Notes: a model not told the origin generated them from the letters alone. Shown: positions 35,761 to 49,472, counted from the whole stretch's first letter. The stretch is DNA of 63,842 bases, filler included, from Octopus bimaculoides (GCF_001194135.2; 6 parts of 6 records of this genome joined end to end with filler, not necessarily neighbours in it); one strand, 5' to 3'. Program-made: numbers and translations.

Positions 35761-38700
35761 GTTTCTTTATTAGCCACTCAGGGCCAAACACAGAGGGGAC
35801 AAAATACAATGTAGAGCTTTTCTTTTTGAGAATAGAAAAAAGGAGAAAAATAAAATTCCGACCAAAAGGGATTGTTAAAAAAAAACAAAAAAAAACATGA
35901 AAAGGGATCTGTATCACAGAAAATATTAGAAATGTAAATAAGAAAATTAGGTTTATCCATGGAAAGAAAAGCCTATGGAGAAGACCACGGTAACCTCAGG
36001 CAGGGAGGGAATAAACACATGAGAGCAAAGTGCTCTCTCTCTCTCTTTTTTCAATTTACAGGATCATGCTCAAAGTGGTTTCATCACTCACATGTTCCCT
36101 CTTTGCTACATTTACCCATCTTTTTTTGAAACTTCCATGAGACAAAACCTGCCTCTCCATTCTCACCTTCCTTTTCAAGTGGTACTTGAAAAAGTTGATG
36201 AGCGATTAGTCAGAGAGGAAAGTGTTTGTCTCTAAATCTTTTGCTTGAGTCCACCACACACATTCTTTTACCATGGCCACCAGTACGATGAAGACTGCCT
36301 TGGCTTCTCAGTTAAGGGAAGGTGGCAGAGCAATTTTCACGATAGACTCAGCCGAGAAGCAAATTCGTCCTACATGTGACAGCAGTCGTTTGGCATAAGC
36401 CCACAGGTCCAAAATGGGTGGACACTGCACAAGTGCGTGCAGAACAGTTTTGTCGCTCTGACCGCATCTCAGTATGGTGGGTCTCGAACCATGCCTGTAG
36501 AGCTTATCTCAAATGGTTAATGCTTCTCGATAGCACTGCCAGGCCAGGGATCTCTGGTGATTGTCCATAGGTCCTTGCCCAAAAGTTGTTCTGTACAGGC
36601 GGGTCAGGTGTTCCTCGTTGATGCCCAGATTCTACCCGAGAACATCGTCACACCTCCCCTCCAATAATTCCCTATAGAAGACCTTTGTGGAATTGAAGCC
36701 ATACAAGTTTGATCCCGGACGACTGTTGCTTGAGAGCAAGGTGGCACTTGCAGTGCCATTCACCTAGTCTCAGTCTCTGTTTGATTCACAACTGCAGTTC
36801 AGCCAAAAAGACGAGCTTCAGAAAAGTGTGCCACACAAACGGCGACCACACCTGTTCCCCATCGTCTATGAAGCACAGGAGATGTTGCAGTCTCAGCGCA
36901 TGTCTGCGCATCATCAACTACGGCATGCCTAACCCTCCATTTAGTGGGATTTGACAGCAAATGGATCGCCTAACCATCGGAACGCTTCCCTTCCACAAAA
37001 AGTGGAAGAGTATGTGTTCTAGTTTGGTGATGGTAAGGTCGGGACAAGGCTCGATGGGCAGACGGTAATCGATGATGGATGCGATGTACATGTTTACCAC
37101 CTCCACCCAACTTTTAGGGATAGCTTCCTCTCGGCCTATTGCTGCGTGAGAGTGGGCACCCTAGTCGTTTTCTCACCCCACTTCTTCTCCATTAGGAGGT
37201 CTGGATCGAACCAGACTCCAAGCAATTTAACCGGTGCATTGGTCCAGCATCCCACGATGGAGACGCTGTTGGATGACATGGGCTTGCTTCTCCAGGTTGT
37301 CAAGCCACAAGCCCACTGACTTTTCCTGGTTAATTTTTCTCCTGTTACCACTTAGCATTCTTTTAGTGTCTTGCCGACCAGGTCGATATGCCTGTGGCTT
37401 GACACTATGACAGCGACATCATCTGCACATGCAGACATGCTCTTCCTGCATCCCAGATCTCGCAGGATGCCCCTCAGTATCACCAGCTTTCGCAGTAGTG
37501 GCTCAAGAGTCAATACATACAAAAGTGAAGAGAGGGGGCATCCTTGATGAACCAAACGCATGATGTTAAATGGTCTGGACAGATGACCATTTAGATGAAC
37601 TACCAAGCGGATGCCACTGTATAAGGCAGTGATTCAACTGTGGAAGACAGGACTGAAATCAGCCACCCTAAGGACAGCCTCCAAGTAGCGATGGTCTACC
37701 CTATCAAAAGCTTTTGATTGATCCAAATTGATCGGTGCCCCATCCATGCCAGGTTCCTTAACTACCCTGTCTATGATGTAGCATGTCAGATGGAGGTTGT
37801 CATGGATACTCCTACCCAGCATGGTGCATATTTGCATCTTGCCGACCAGTTTCTTGATGACAAGCGCCAACCTCTTGGCTAACACCTTGGCCAAAATCTT
37901 CAAATCTGTGTCGAGCAGAGTGATGGGCCTGAAGTTATCTATGACTTTACCCTTGTTTGGATCTTTCTTTAGCAGTGCCACTGCTCCTCACTTTACAGGG
38001 ATGGAGATACTCCTGTTTTGTTGCTATTTGCAGTAGACAGTTGCCAAGACACCTCCAAATAAGTCTGGCATATCACAATAAATTTCATAGGGCAGACCAT
38101 CCAAGCCTGACGACTTGTCTCCCATACAGCCTGCCATTGCATCCTGTACGTCTGCAGCTGTGATGGGTCTTTCACAACACTCCGCCTCACTTGCCAAGAG
38201 TCGTGACAGGCTATGCAGGTAAGCACTAAAGTCCAGTCTGCGTTCTGATCCACCAGTTGTCCTGAAGAGACAGGCAAAGTGTTATTGAAAGGCCTCACAC
38301 ATCCTTTCAGGCTCAAGTAATTCGTGCCCCTGTTCATCTGTCAGAGACCTAATGGCGGCTTTGTTGCCTCATTGTGCTTCCGCCACTTGGACCTCTCGGG
38401 CGGCTCCAACTCCTTCGTTCCTCAGAGCATGCATCCTAGCTCTGACAATGCATCCTTCGTGTTTGGCATTGAAGTATTGGTCGAGGGCCAACATTGCTGC
38501 CAGTACGTTGGATGCGATGCCAGTTCTAAGTGCCTCTTCTAATTTCTTAACTAGGTCTCCCTCTATTCTATTTTGGTCTAATGGCAGGGCCTTACTGTAC
38601 CTAACCGATTCTGCTTTGATAACTTTCTTTAAGGCATACCACCATCTATTGTTGACGATGGTGCTCGTCAATGCTCTCTTAACTAATGTGCTAATCCAGT

Positions 38701-38778
38701 CCCTGTAAGCCTGGTATGCCATGAACAACGCGTTCAGCTTCCAGTAACTGGGACCCTGCCTGAGTGTACAAGTCACAA
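35761..38778 (-). mobile_element. 5'-truncated, frameshifted L1/Tx1-clade LINE (end of APE, RT, 3' UTR)
   Basis: GPSYWKLN; NFRPITLLDTDLKILAKVLAKRL; LDQSKAFDRVDH; QGCPLSSLLYVL; ADDV; VKLLGVWF; 3' end AATAAAGAAAC at 35761; (GATA)n on both flanks. Confidence 0.88.
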
Positions 38779-39265
38779 AGATAGATAGATAGATAGAGAG
38801 GCAGACAATGTCTTACCTGAATACTGTGTAAACTGAGTTTCCAGTTGACTGGCTACTGGTATAATGAATCTTGCTGTTTTGATACAAACCCACCAGAGAC
38901 CATTCCCTAATTATACACCCAAAACTTCCTGTTTTAAATTGATCTAAATTAAAAACCTCCTATTAAAATTTCATGTAAATTTATATTCCAAATGCTATCT
39001 TAGTAATGACAAAATTATTTTTGTAAACTTTACAATTATATGAAAATTTGAGACAAAGACAGTATATTTCAACAGATATATGGTAATGAAAGGGTTAAAT
39101 TGCAGTTTATAATTTGAACTACTTATGTTATAATGTTGCTTTGCTGTACAGCTTTGCACAGCTATGCAGATTACAGCAGACATGGGATTCAGTTTTCATA
39201 CGGAATGTTGCAACAGATTTTTCCCTTTATATATTAATATATTGAATATATATATACATTTCATG

Positions 39266-39332
<67 letters not shown>

Positions 39333-40133
39333 GTATATATATGTATGTGTGTGTATGTGTGTGTGGATGTATGTATAGATGGATGGATGTATATATATAT
39401 ATGTATGTATTTATATACATATATGTGTGTGGTTGTTTGTGTGTGTATGCATTTATGTATATATGTATGGATATATAATTATGTAATAATATGTCAAATG
39501 GAATATAGAAGTAAAAACAATGAAAACAAAGTATATATCAAACTGAGAATTTTCATCAGAAAAAAAAAAGACCACAAAACTCATATGAAATTATTAAAGA
39601 CAATAACAAAGAGAAATGAAAAGGTAATTCAAAGAGTTTCATGAATAATTTTGCCTATAGTAGTAATAATAGGCCAGTGTAGGTACCATGTCTGACCCTT
39701 TCCCTTGATATTCTGTTACTGAGGTGAAGGTATGAAAGTAAAATATGAAAGGAAACATTATTTATTGGACGGTGTTTAAAACATGAAGGAAGATGGAGTG
39801 TGATGCTGGGTCAAACTTTTAACAGAGTTTGCAGAGATGAAAGCAAAAAGAAAAAAAAGGAAAAGAATAAGCATGCCCACATACATGCACAGAAAATTAT
39901 AGACAAACACATGCATACTGAAGTAGATATATATATATATATATATAAATTTGTGTGTGTATGTGTGTGTGTACGTATATTTATGCACATTACATGTGCA
40001 AACATGCACATACATACGGAAAAACTTATGCAAGCATGAAAAAGTGGATGTTAAAATGACGATAATCTCTCTCTTCTTCTCTCAGTTAATAAATATATAT
40101 GCATGTGTGTGTGCGTGTGTGTTTATGTGTGTA

Positions 40134-40170
<37 letters not shown>

Positions 40171-41135
40171 GAATATATGTTTATGTGCGTGTGTTTTTNN
40201 NNNNNNNNNNNNNNNNNNNNNNNNNNNNNNNNNNNNNNNNNNNNNNNNNNNNNNNNNNNNNNNNNNNNNNNNNNNNNNNNNNNNNNNNNNNNNNNNNNNN
40301 NNNNNNNNNNNNNNNNNNNNNNNNNNNNNNNNNNNNNNNNNNNNNNNNNNNNNNNNNNNNNNNNNNNNNNNNNNNNNNNNNNNNNNNNNNNNNNNNNNNN
40401 NNNNNNNNNNNNNNNNNNNNNNNNNNNNNNNNNNNNNNNNNNNNNNNNNNNNNNNNNNNNNNNNNNNNNNNNNNNNNNNNNNNNNNNNNNNNNNNNNNNN
40501 NNNNNNNNNNNNNNNNNNNNNNNNNNNNNNNNNNNNNNNNNNNNNNNNNNNNNNNNNNNNNNNNNNNNNNNNNNNNNNNNNNNNNNNNNNNNNNNNNNNN
40601 NNNNNNNNNNNNNNNNNNNNNNNNNNNNNNNNNNNNNNNNNNNNNNNNNNNNNNNNNNNNNNNNNNNNNNNNNNNNNNNNNNNNNNNNNNNNNNNNNNNN
40701 NNNNNNNNNNNNNNNNNNNNNNNNNNNNNNNNNNNNNNNNNNNNNNNNNNNNNNNNNNNNNNNNNNNNNNNNNNNNNNNNNNNNNNNNNNNNNNNNNNNN
40801 NNNNNNNNNNNNNNNNNNNNNNNNNNNNNNNNNNNNNNNNNNNNNNNNNNNNNNNNNNNNNNNNNNNNNNNNNNNNNNNNNNNNNNNNNNNNNNNNNNNN
40901 NNNNNNNNNNNNNNNNNNNNNNNNNNNNNNNNNNNNNNNNNNNNNNNNNNNNNNNNNNNNNNNNNNNNNNNNNNNNNNNNNNNNNNNNNNNNNNNNNNNN
41001 NNNNNNNNNNNNNNNNNNNNNNNNNNNNNNNNNNNNNNNNNNNNNNNNNNNNNNNNNNNNNNNNNNNNNNNNNNNNNNNNNNNNNNNNNNNNNNNNNNNN
41101 NNNNNNNNNNNNNNNNNNNNNNNNNNNNNNNNNNN

Positions 41136-41169
<34 letters not shown>

Positions 41170-41644
41170 CATATGAATCTAAGTATATGTATGTATGTAT
41201 ATATGTGTTCTATGTATGCATATATATGTCTGCATATGTATGTGTGCACATATACACATGCAAGCATTTATTAGGGCAATTTTTCATCATTTAACAATGC
41301 AGATTTAGTTATTCAGTCAACTGACTTACCTGCCCCGGAACTACTGTGTAAGTGGCTGAGTATTCCACAAGCATGTATACCCTTAATATAATTCTTAAAT
41401 AGAATCAGAGTAACACATTGTGTCAAGGCTGTTCCTTTGAATTCTAAGTACAATCCACCCAATAAGCTTTCATACCAATTCCATCACTTCAGTTTTTTAC
41501 TTAGATGGTAAGACTCAACTTGAGCCATTAGAAAATTGCAGTTGACCAAGATTCCACGTGAATGGGACTGAACCCAGGACCTCAGAATTACAAAGCAAAT
41601 ACCTTAACCATTTGGTCATACTGTGACTACATATATATTATTTT

Positions 41645-42048
41645 ATTCTTTTATTTGTTCCAGTCATTTGACTGAAGCCATGCTGGAGCACCACTTTGAA
41701 GGGTTTTTAGTCAAACAAGTCGAGCCTAGGACTTATTTTTTTAAGCCTAGTACTTATTCTATCAGTCTCCTTTACTGAACCACTAAGTTATGTGGACATA
41801 AACACACCAACACCGGTTGTCAAGTGGTGATGGGGACAAACAAAGACACACACACACGCACAAATATATACATATATATATACAATGGACTTTTTTTCAG
41901 TTTCCATCTACTAAATCCACTCACAAGGCTTTGGTTGGCCCAAGGCTATAGCAGGACACACTTGCCCAAGGTGCTATGCAGTAGGACTGAACCTGGAACC
42001 ATGTGGTTGGGAAGTACACTTCTTACCATACAGCTATGACTGTGCCTA
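41645..42048 (-). mobile_element. SINE family A
   Basis: Reverse-complement match, older copy. Confidence 0.85.
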
Positions 42049-44258
42049 TGTATATATGTGTCTGTGTGTGTGTGGAGAGGAAGGAAAGTGAGCCTTAACA
42101 TATTTATCTACATTCATATATATATATATATATCTCCCTCTACCTACCAATCTATCTCACTTTCTCTCTATATACTGAGAGAGAGATATGCATGTGTGTG
42201 TGTGTATGTAAATATATATATATATAAATACGTATATATATANNNNNNNNNNNNNNNNNNNNNNNNNNNNNNNNNNNNNNNNNNNNNNNNNNNNNNNNNN
42301 NNNNNNNNNNNNNNNNNNNNNNNNNNNNNNNNNNNNNNNNNNNNNNNNNNNNNNNNNNNNNNNNNNNNNNNNNNNNNNNNNNNNNNNNNNNNNNNNNNNN
42401 NNNNNNNNNNNNNNNNNNNNNNNNNNNNNNNNNNNNNNNNNNNNNNNNNNNNNNNNNNNNNNNNNNNNCAAATACATTCATATGCTAAAGTTATGGCCTG
42501 AATTATTGTATATTCCTCTATATCTTTGACCATTGATCTTTTGTTATAGACAAAACAAAAGCAAAATAAATAAATAAAAAGCAACAACAAAATAATCAAA
42601 AGACATGTAAAGATAAAAAAAAAAGAAGTAAACGAAAAAACATTAACATGTTTTTGTTTAAAAAAAAACAGAAAATTTCATCATCATCATCATCATCATA
42701 AAATATATTATTTTCTCATTCTCTTTGTTTTTTTTTTTTTTTTTTAATGTTTTCCACAGCTAGTTTCATTTGCCAGCTGCTATAATAACAAAACTTCTAA
42801 GCAATATAGTAAGCAAAAAAAAAAACAACAAATGCATTGCCGTATTTAGTCTCATCTCTTTATGTTCTGAGTCTTCTGAGTTCAAATCCTGCTAAATTCT
42901 AGCTTTGCCTTTCATCCTTCTGAGTTTGATGAATTAAGCACCTATCAAGAACTCTGCAGTGGAGTGGTGAATAGGGAAACGTTGGTATCATTGATTACCA
43001 TCACCTTCTCGACATTGTAGCCTTGTGTTTATATGCTAGACAAAAAATTTTATTACTTATTACATAATGGAGTGCAGTGCTTGCAATAATAAAGGCATTG
43101 GATTTACTGCTCTGTTGCATTAGAGTTCCAGCCATCTGCACCAGTGATTCTCAACCTTTTGTAACACAGTTCTCCCTTTCGGTGAAGGGTATTTTACAAC
43201 CCTCCTCCATCACATTTTGCAGAAACAAAAAAAAAAACATTGTTTCAATCAAACAGAAGCTAAATTTGCACGGTGGTTTATTATCCATATTTTCTTATAT
43301 GATCCCATCAAATATGTATCTCCTTTTAAATAATTTAGTGAACTCGTGTGCTCTCTTTGTTAAATTTGTACAGAAATTACTAAAGGAGATAAGGAATTAT
43401 GTAGCATAACAATAACACTGTGTAACATGATTCTTGTCTTTGGGTAGCAACTGTTATTTCCTGTTTGCTTACCCCTAGAAAATATAAAAATGGTAATGTT
43501 TCCCTCAAACTTTGCTTATATTACATTTATTCAGATTCCAAAGAATCCTTCTCAACAACTCCTGCTCATAATCAGAGATGTACATATTGTCAACTACTAA
43601 GAGACATGTTCAAGTGGTTACGGTGAAGCAAGTGACAAACAAATCTGTGCTATTGAGCAGAATATTTGCTATAGCAATATTTCTCCTTTAGCGATTCATT
43701 AGTTCCCCCAGAATAATGGAATCACAATGTAAACTGCAGCCTGCGGAGATTTTTCCTGAGAGTGACTTTATTTACTTACCGCAGGATGGAATACCATGGA
43801 TTATAATAACACCTTAAAATGAAGTTCTTACCATTCCTTACTATGTCGATTATATTATTTTTATTTCATTTTATTTTATTTTACCCTACTCTATTATTGA
43901 ACTTGCTTTCCCACATGTTGGTTTCCTAACATTTGGACTCTCTGAAGAAGCCTTGGGGCTCAACCATTGTCCAGTCTCTGTCCAATGTTTGTTCATCCCT
44001 GTATATCACTGACATGATGAGGATAACTTGGATGATTTGGATGCCTCATGGTAGAAACAGCTGTAAGAGTTTAGTATATGTACACTCATTATTATTCTTT
44101 ATTTCTACATATACATATATATATATATATATGTATATGTATACATATATATATATATNNNNNNNNNNNNNNNNNNNNNNNNNNNNNNNNNNNNNNNNNN
44201 NNTTAATTAATTAANNNNNNNNNNNNNNNNNNNNNNNNNNNNNNNNNNNNNNNNNNNN

Positions 44259-44309
<51 letters not shown>

Positions 44310-44606
44310 AATATATATATATATGTGTGTGTGTGCATACGGGGGTGGGGTATCTACACAGTTTCCGTCAAAACCTTGGTTTGCTTGGTCTATTGTAGAA
44401 AACAAAATGCTGCACAGTGAGATTGAACCCGAGACCATGTGGGTGCGAAGAGAGCTTCTTTACCGCATAACGATGCATGAATATGCGCTTCCAAAAAGGA
44501 ACAACGTTAGAGAATGTAGTTACTCATATAGAAAACGACGGATAGTCACAGTTGGAAGACTTTTATCTTTAAATCTGCTCACGCACAGCCGACCCGGGGT
44601 TAAATG

Positions 44607-44649
<43 letters not shown>

Positions 44650-45666
44650 AAGCAACTATGTTTATTGTTAAAAATGAATAATCTACATCGGCGATTCTCA
44701 AGCGTTCTTTTTATCAATTCCTTTATCCTCTGATGTTATGTATTCCGCCATCAACTCCTTACACACTATTCCTCATACATACTTCCCTGCACACATATCC
44801 TCACACACACACACACACACACATACATACACACCATTAACCTCTCTCCCATTTACATTATTATCATTGTATATAATCATTTTATCCAGAAGATTAAAAC
44901 GAACTTGCAAAGCGTCTGTATATCCCGCCGAAATATAGGATTCAGAATAAAATACGAAGAAATAAGAAAGAAATATGGAAAACTTTACAGAAACAAAACA
45001 AGACAAAGAAAAGGCAAAATAAAGAAAAAAAAAAAAGCCACGTGATCAGAACTGGATTTTTCATATTCCTTTATTACTTTTTATATTTTGTTTGGAACAA
45101 TAAATTTCTCAAGTCTATCGACATTTTAGGTTCTTCCCAATCTTATCTATTGGATAACATTATTTTGTGACGCTTGTTATTGCAATTTTATGGGAGGCGT
45201 GAATCATAGTAAACGATGTTGTTTATTGACAAACTTGGAATTGTTTTCACCGTTGTCGTTAGATTTATTTCAGCCACCAAGGAATAGTTTGCCCATGGTA
45301 TCTGATGCTAGTTTGTGATTATGATGTGCAATATGTGTGTTGTAGTTTGTATTTTATGTTCGCTTCGTATTATATCCATTCTATGAGTAAGCCACTAAGT
45401 TCTCTTTGTGCTGTGAATCCGAATTCTATGAAGTAGATGAGCTGTTATTGCTGCTGCTGTTGTTGTTGTTGTTATTATTGATGTTGCAATTGCTACTGTA
45501 TCATCTCAGGTCTGACAAGATGGAGAACTTACCATCCATGGCTCTACCATCGATTATTTTTCGTCTAGGTCTATGATTACGTTGTCCTACGTGTTTTTCT
45601 GCTTTCAAAAAGGTCGTACAGTGTGATCTGGTGAGATTTCGCTGTTATTTCTTCCGAATTGATTGG

Positions 45667-45825
45667 TAGGCGCAGGAGTGGCTGTGTGTTAAGTAGGTTG
45701 CTTACCAACCACATGGTTCCGGGTTCAGTCCCACTGCGTGACACCTTGGGCAAGTGTCTTCTACTATAGCCTCGGGCCTTGTTAGTAGATTTGGTAGACG
45801 GAAACTGAAAGAAGTCCGTCGTATA

Positions 45826-45862
<37 letters not shown>

Positions 45863-46330
45863 NNNNNNNNNNNNNNNNNNNNNNNNNNNNNNNNNNNNNN
45901 NNNNNNNNNNNNNNNNNNNNNNNNNNNNNNNNNNNNNNNNNNNNNNNNNNNNNNNNNNNNNNNNNNNNNNNNNNNNNNNNNNNNNNNNNNNNNNNNNNNN
46001 NNNNNNNNNNNNNNNNNNNNNNNNNNNNNNNNNNNNNNNNNNNNNNNNNNNNNNNNNNNNNNNNNNNNNNNNNNNNNNNNNNNNNNNNNNNNGTGTGTGT
46101 GTGTGTGATTGTGTGTTTGTGTGCCTGTTTGTTCCCCGAACATCGCTTGACAACCGATGCTGGTGTGTTTACGTCCCCGTTACTTAGTGGTTCGGCAAAA
46201 AAGATCGATAGAATAAGTACTAGGCTTACAAAGAATAAGTCCTGGGGTCGATTTGCTCGACTAAAGGCGGTGCTCCAGCATGGCCGCAGTCAAATGACTG
46301 AAACAAGTAAAAGAGTAAAGAGTAAAAAGA
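45667..46330 (+). mobile_element. SINE family A, full length, near consensus
   Basis: Head, gap within the internal microsatellite, tail GGCGGTGCTCCAGCATGGCCGCAGTCAAATGACTGAAAC. Confidence 0.9.
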
Positions 46331-46609
46331 GAGAGTGTTGTCATGTAGATTCATGGGCGGATAAAATATCGCTTTTGTCGGACCTTTAATTACAAAGCCT
46401 TTTGAGATTCTGAATTTCTCTCATCTGGGGTGGTCATCTTGGTTAACACACAAAATTGAACAAATCTTAAATATATTTAAACAGGCGTAGCTGAGTGGTA
46501 AGAATGTTCCTTCCCAAACAAAACAAAAACGAAAAGTTAGCTTATTAATATTATTGATAACATCGAAAAATACCTTAGGAATGAGAACCCAGGTTCGAAA
46601 TTTCCCCAA

Positions 46610-46655
46610 GACACCTGATGAAGGCTGGAAGGTATATCAGCCGAAACGTTGTGTT
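46610..46655 (+). ncRNA. Minimal type I hammerhead ribozyme in a short Penelope-type repeat (element about 46565-46745)
   Basis: Stem I GACAC/GUGUU; CUGAUGA plus an extra A; stem II GGCUG/CAGCC; GAAA; palindromic ACGU stem III; GUU cleavage triplet ending at 46650. Confidence 0.7.
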
Positions 46656-46789
46656 AACAACAAACAAGATGAGGACGAATATCCGTCAATTGTAGATAAT
46701 GTAAATAATGTACATTATTCCTAATCTCTGAAATATAGAACTGTATATCATTATTGATCTGGTTTACGAATGAGTGTAATTGCGGTGCA

Positions 46790-47145
46790 ATGATTGTGTG
46801 AGATGAGTGGAGGAAAAGATTAAGTGCAACGTCTGGGTGCAATAACTGGAGGTAAGAATTTGATCCAATGATTAGGTGCTATGTTTCGGTGCTGTGCCAT
46901 GTTTGGGTGCAGTACATCGTGTTATTACATTTCTTTTAACAAAATGATTGAATGCAATTACTGTTTGCAATAACAATAATGAAGGGCAATGCTTGTGTGC
47001 ATTAATTAGTTGCAATATTTGGGTGCACTGATGAGGTGCAGTGTTTTTGCGAAATGATCAGGTGCATTAATTGGGTGCTATTATTAGGTGTGGTAATTAG
47101 GTCAAATAATTAGATGCGCTGATTAGATGCAGTGTTTGAATGTAA
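46790..47145. repeat. Degenerate minisatellite with a recurring (A/G)GGTGC core
   Basis: About a dozen irregularly spaced GGTGC/GATGC motifs. Confidence 0.55.
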
Positions 47146-47160
47146 TGCATGTTTGTTCTC

Positions 47161-47606
47161 ATTTACTCATTTACTTGTTTCAGTCATTTGACTGTGGCCA
47201 TGCTGGAGCACCGCCTTTAGTCGAGCAAATCGACCCCCAGGACTTATTCTTTGTAAGCCTAGTACTTATTCTATCGGTCTCTTTTTGCCAGACCGCTAAG
47301 TTACGGGGACATAAACACACCAGAGTCGGTTGTCAAGCGATGTTGGGGGGGGGGACACACNNNNNNNNNNATATATATATATATATATATACGACGGGCT
47401 TCTTTCAGTTTTCGTCTACCAAATCCACTCACAAGGCTTTGGTCGGCCCGAGGCTATAATAGAAGACACTTGCCCAAGGTGCCACGCAGTGGGACTGAAC
47501 CCGGAACCATGTGGTCTGTAAGCAAGCTACTTACCACACAGCCACTCCTACGCCACTCCTACACCACTCCTACGCCACTCCTACGCCACTCCTACGCCAC
47601 TCCTAC
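47161..47606 (-). mobile_element. SINE family A with a tandemly reiterated 5' end
   Basis: Full body plus six 11-bp GCCACTCCTAC units at 47541-47606. Confidence 0.9.
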
Positions 47607-48340
47607 GTTCTGTTGAGGTTTTAGTAACTTATTCATTTGTACAGTGGCCAATATGCATCAAGTGCATCTAATAGACTTAGCATGTTTTTTATGTTTCGCT
47701 TCAGACAATCTAAACGTGACAATCACATTTTTTGAAAGCACAGTGCATCCGTAACTACATCATCAAATACGTCCTTGGTTTTTTAAAATAGAAGGGTAAA
47801 AATTTGAGGAATCACTCACCCTACTTTGCTATTTCTAGTAGGGTGAGTGACCACGTAAAAGCTCCTTCATTGGCTTCAACACATTCTCTATGGGCTGTTG
47901 CTGTTTGGCTCCAGGAGAGCAATAGGACACATTGTCTCTAACACTAGATTCCCCGAAGTATCCTTTAGAGTTTTAAGACGGTAGATTAAGAATTCGGGGC
48001 AGATTTGGCAGATAAAAACTGAAGCCAAGAAAGAATAAGTCGAAAGGAAAAGTTGTGATGGTTGTGGATGGAACGACTTTGATCTTATATCTCCTCAATC
48101 AGAGCTGACCAGGAGCTAAACAGCAACATTAACAACAACAACAAAGTGATAACACAGTTAGATAATCGATATAAAAACGAACTAACGACGAATTGGACTT
48201 ACATCATTTAATGTACCCCCCCCAACTTTTTTTTATGAAGTTAGAGTGTGATTTGGTAGATAGTTGTAATAAGTCAAGAAATGGTACTTGATTATGACAG
48301 CACCCTAAGAGCGAACTGTCATTAAGATTCAGGGAGATAA

Positions 48341-48381
48341 CTCCGGACATGTTTCGGTATTGTTAGACCGCTTCAGCGAAA
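48341..48381 (-). ncRNA. Decayed hammerhead-like motif, third family
   Basis: CTGAAGC-GGT-CTAACAAT-ACC-GAAA-CATGT-C; A9 mutated. Confidence 0.4.
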
Positions 48382-49413
48382 TATAGTCTCTCACTCTCTC
48401 TCTCTATGTATTTCTCTGTAAATTTGTGAGTGGGTATAAGTACGCCTGTTTGTATTGTGTATATGCTTTAAAGAAAAATCGTTTAGAGTGTCTAAACTGT
48501 AAGAGATGAATCATTTCTTTCTTAAATAAAAAGAGAAACAAGAAAGAAAATAACTCTACACCTAACCTCACCAAAATTCGTGTTCTTAAATTATTTAGTA
48601 TAAAAGAAGTACAAAACCACCATCACATCCATAACCTCCCCCTATTTAGGTCACCCCCATTTCTTTAATTTCATTTTTTTCCTTTTTTTTTTTTCATTTT
48701 ACCTTACTCTCGTTCTTAACCAATGAGTGTAAAAATATTTCTGAAAAGCCGCAAGAATCTCCATTTTGTGAAATAAAAAGCAAAACATGAAGAACATTAC
48801 AGAAAACATCAATAAAAAGCACGAAGTAATTTTTCCAAGGCGCGAAATATCACGTTGGCATTGCTTAGTTGTAAAGTGTCAAGATTCCTTATGGCTTTGC
48901 ATTTGTCTATAGAATTTCTTTTATATTCCCATTTATATTTTTATTCACTCAACGATTCCTACTTTTTTTTTTTCGCTCTTCCATAACTCCATATAGCAAA
49001 GATAAGAAGGGTTCTTTCTTGTCCTTATTCTTTAAACACCCGTTTCCTCCGTCACTTGCTCTCGCATATTTCACTCACCAGTTCACTTTACACGCAATTT
49101 CATACATAGCACATAACCCTCCCCACCACAACCGCCACCACACACACACAGACACACGCACGGGTGCGAGCGCACATACACACATACAAACATACGCGCA
49201 CTCACACATACGTATACACGTACTCGTACACATACCACGCCGGTACGTTTGTGTGAGTTTGAGTGGCTACGATCAGGTCTGCGTGTGAATAAAGATAAGC
49301 CAGATAGAAAAAAGTGGTAAAAAGGTGATTGATGTGGTGAAAGAGAGATTTCAGAGCGAGACAAAAGAGAGAGAGAGAGGGGGAAGGAGTGTAAGAAAGA
49401 GATACTGAGAGAA

Positions 49414-49472
<59 letters not shown>

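Noticed and set aside
43142-43160. hAT-type terminal repeat CAGTGATTCTCAACCTTTT
   Set aside because: No matching second end or 8-bp TSD found.
44010-44065. Additional hammerhead at GAAACAGCTGTA
   Set aside because: Core interrupted and extra bases before GAAA; at best a dead relative of the 35.0-kb family.
47027-47070. CTGATGA...GAAA as a hammerhead
   Set aside because: No NUH site or stem I partner after GAAA; lies within the GGTGC repeat.
47541-47606. CRISPR-like array
   Set aside because: Contiguous 11-bp units without spacers, in a eukaryotic SINE; nothing CRISPR-like anywhere in the window.
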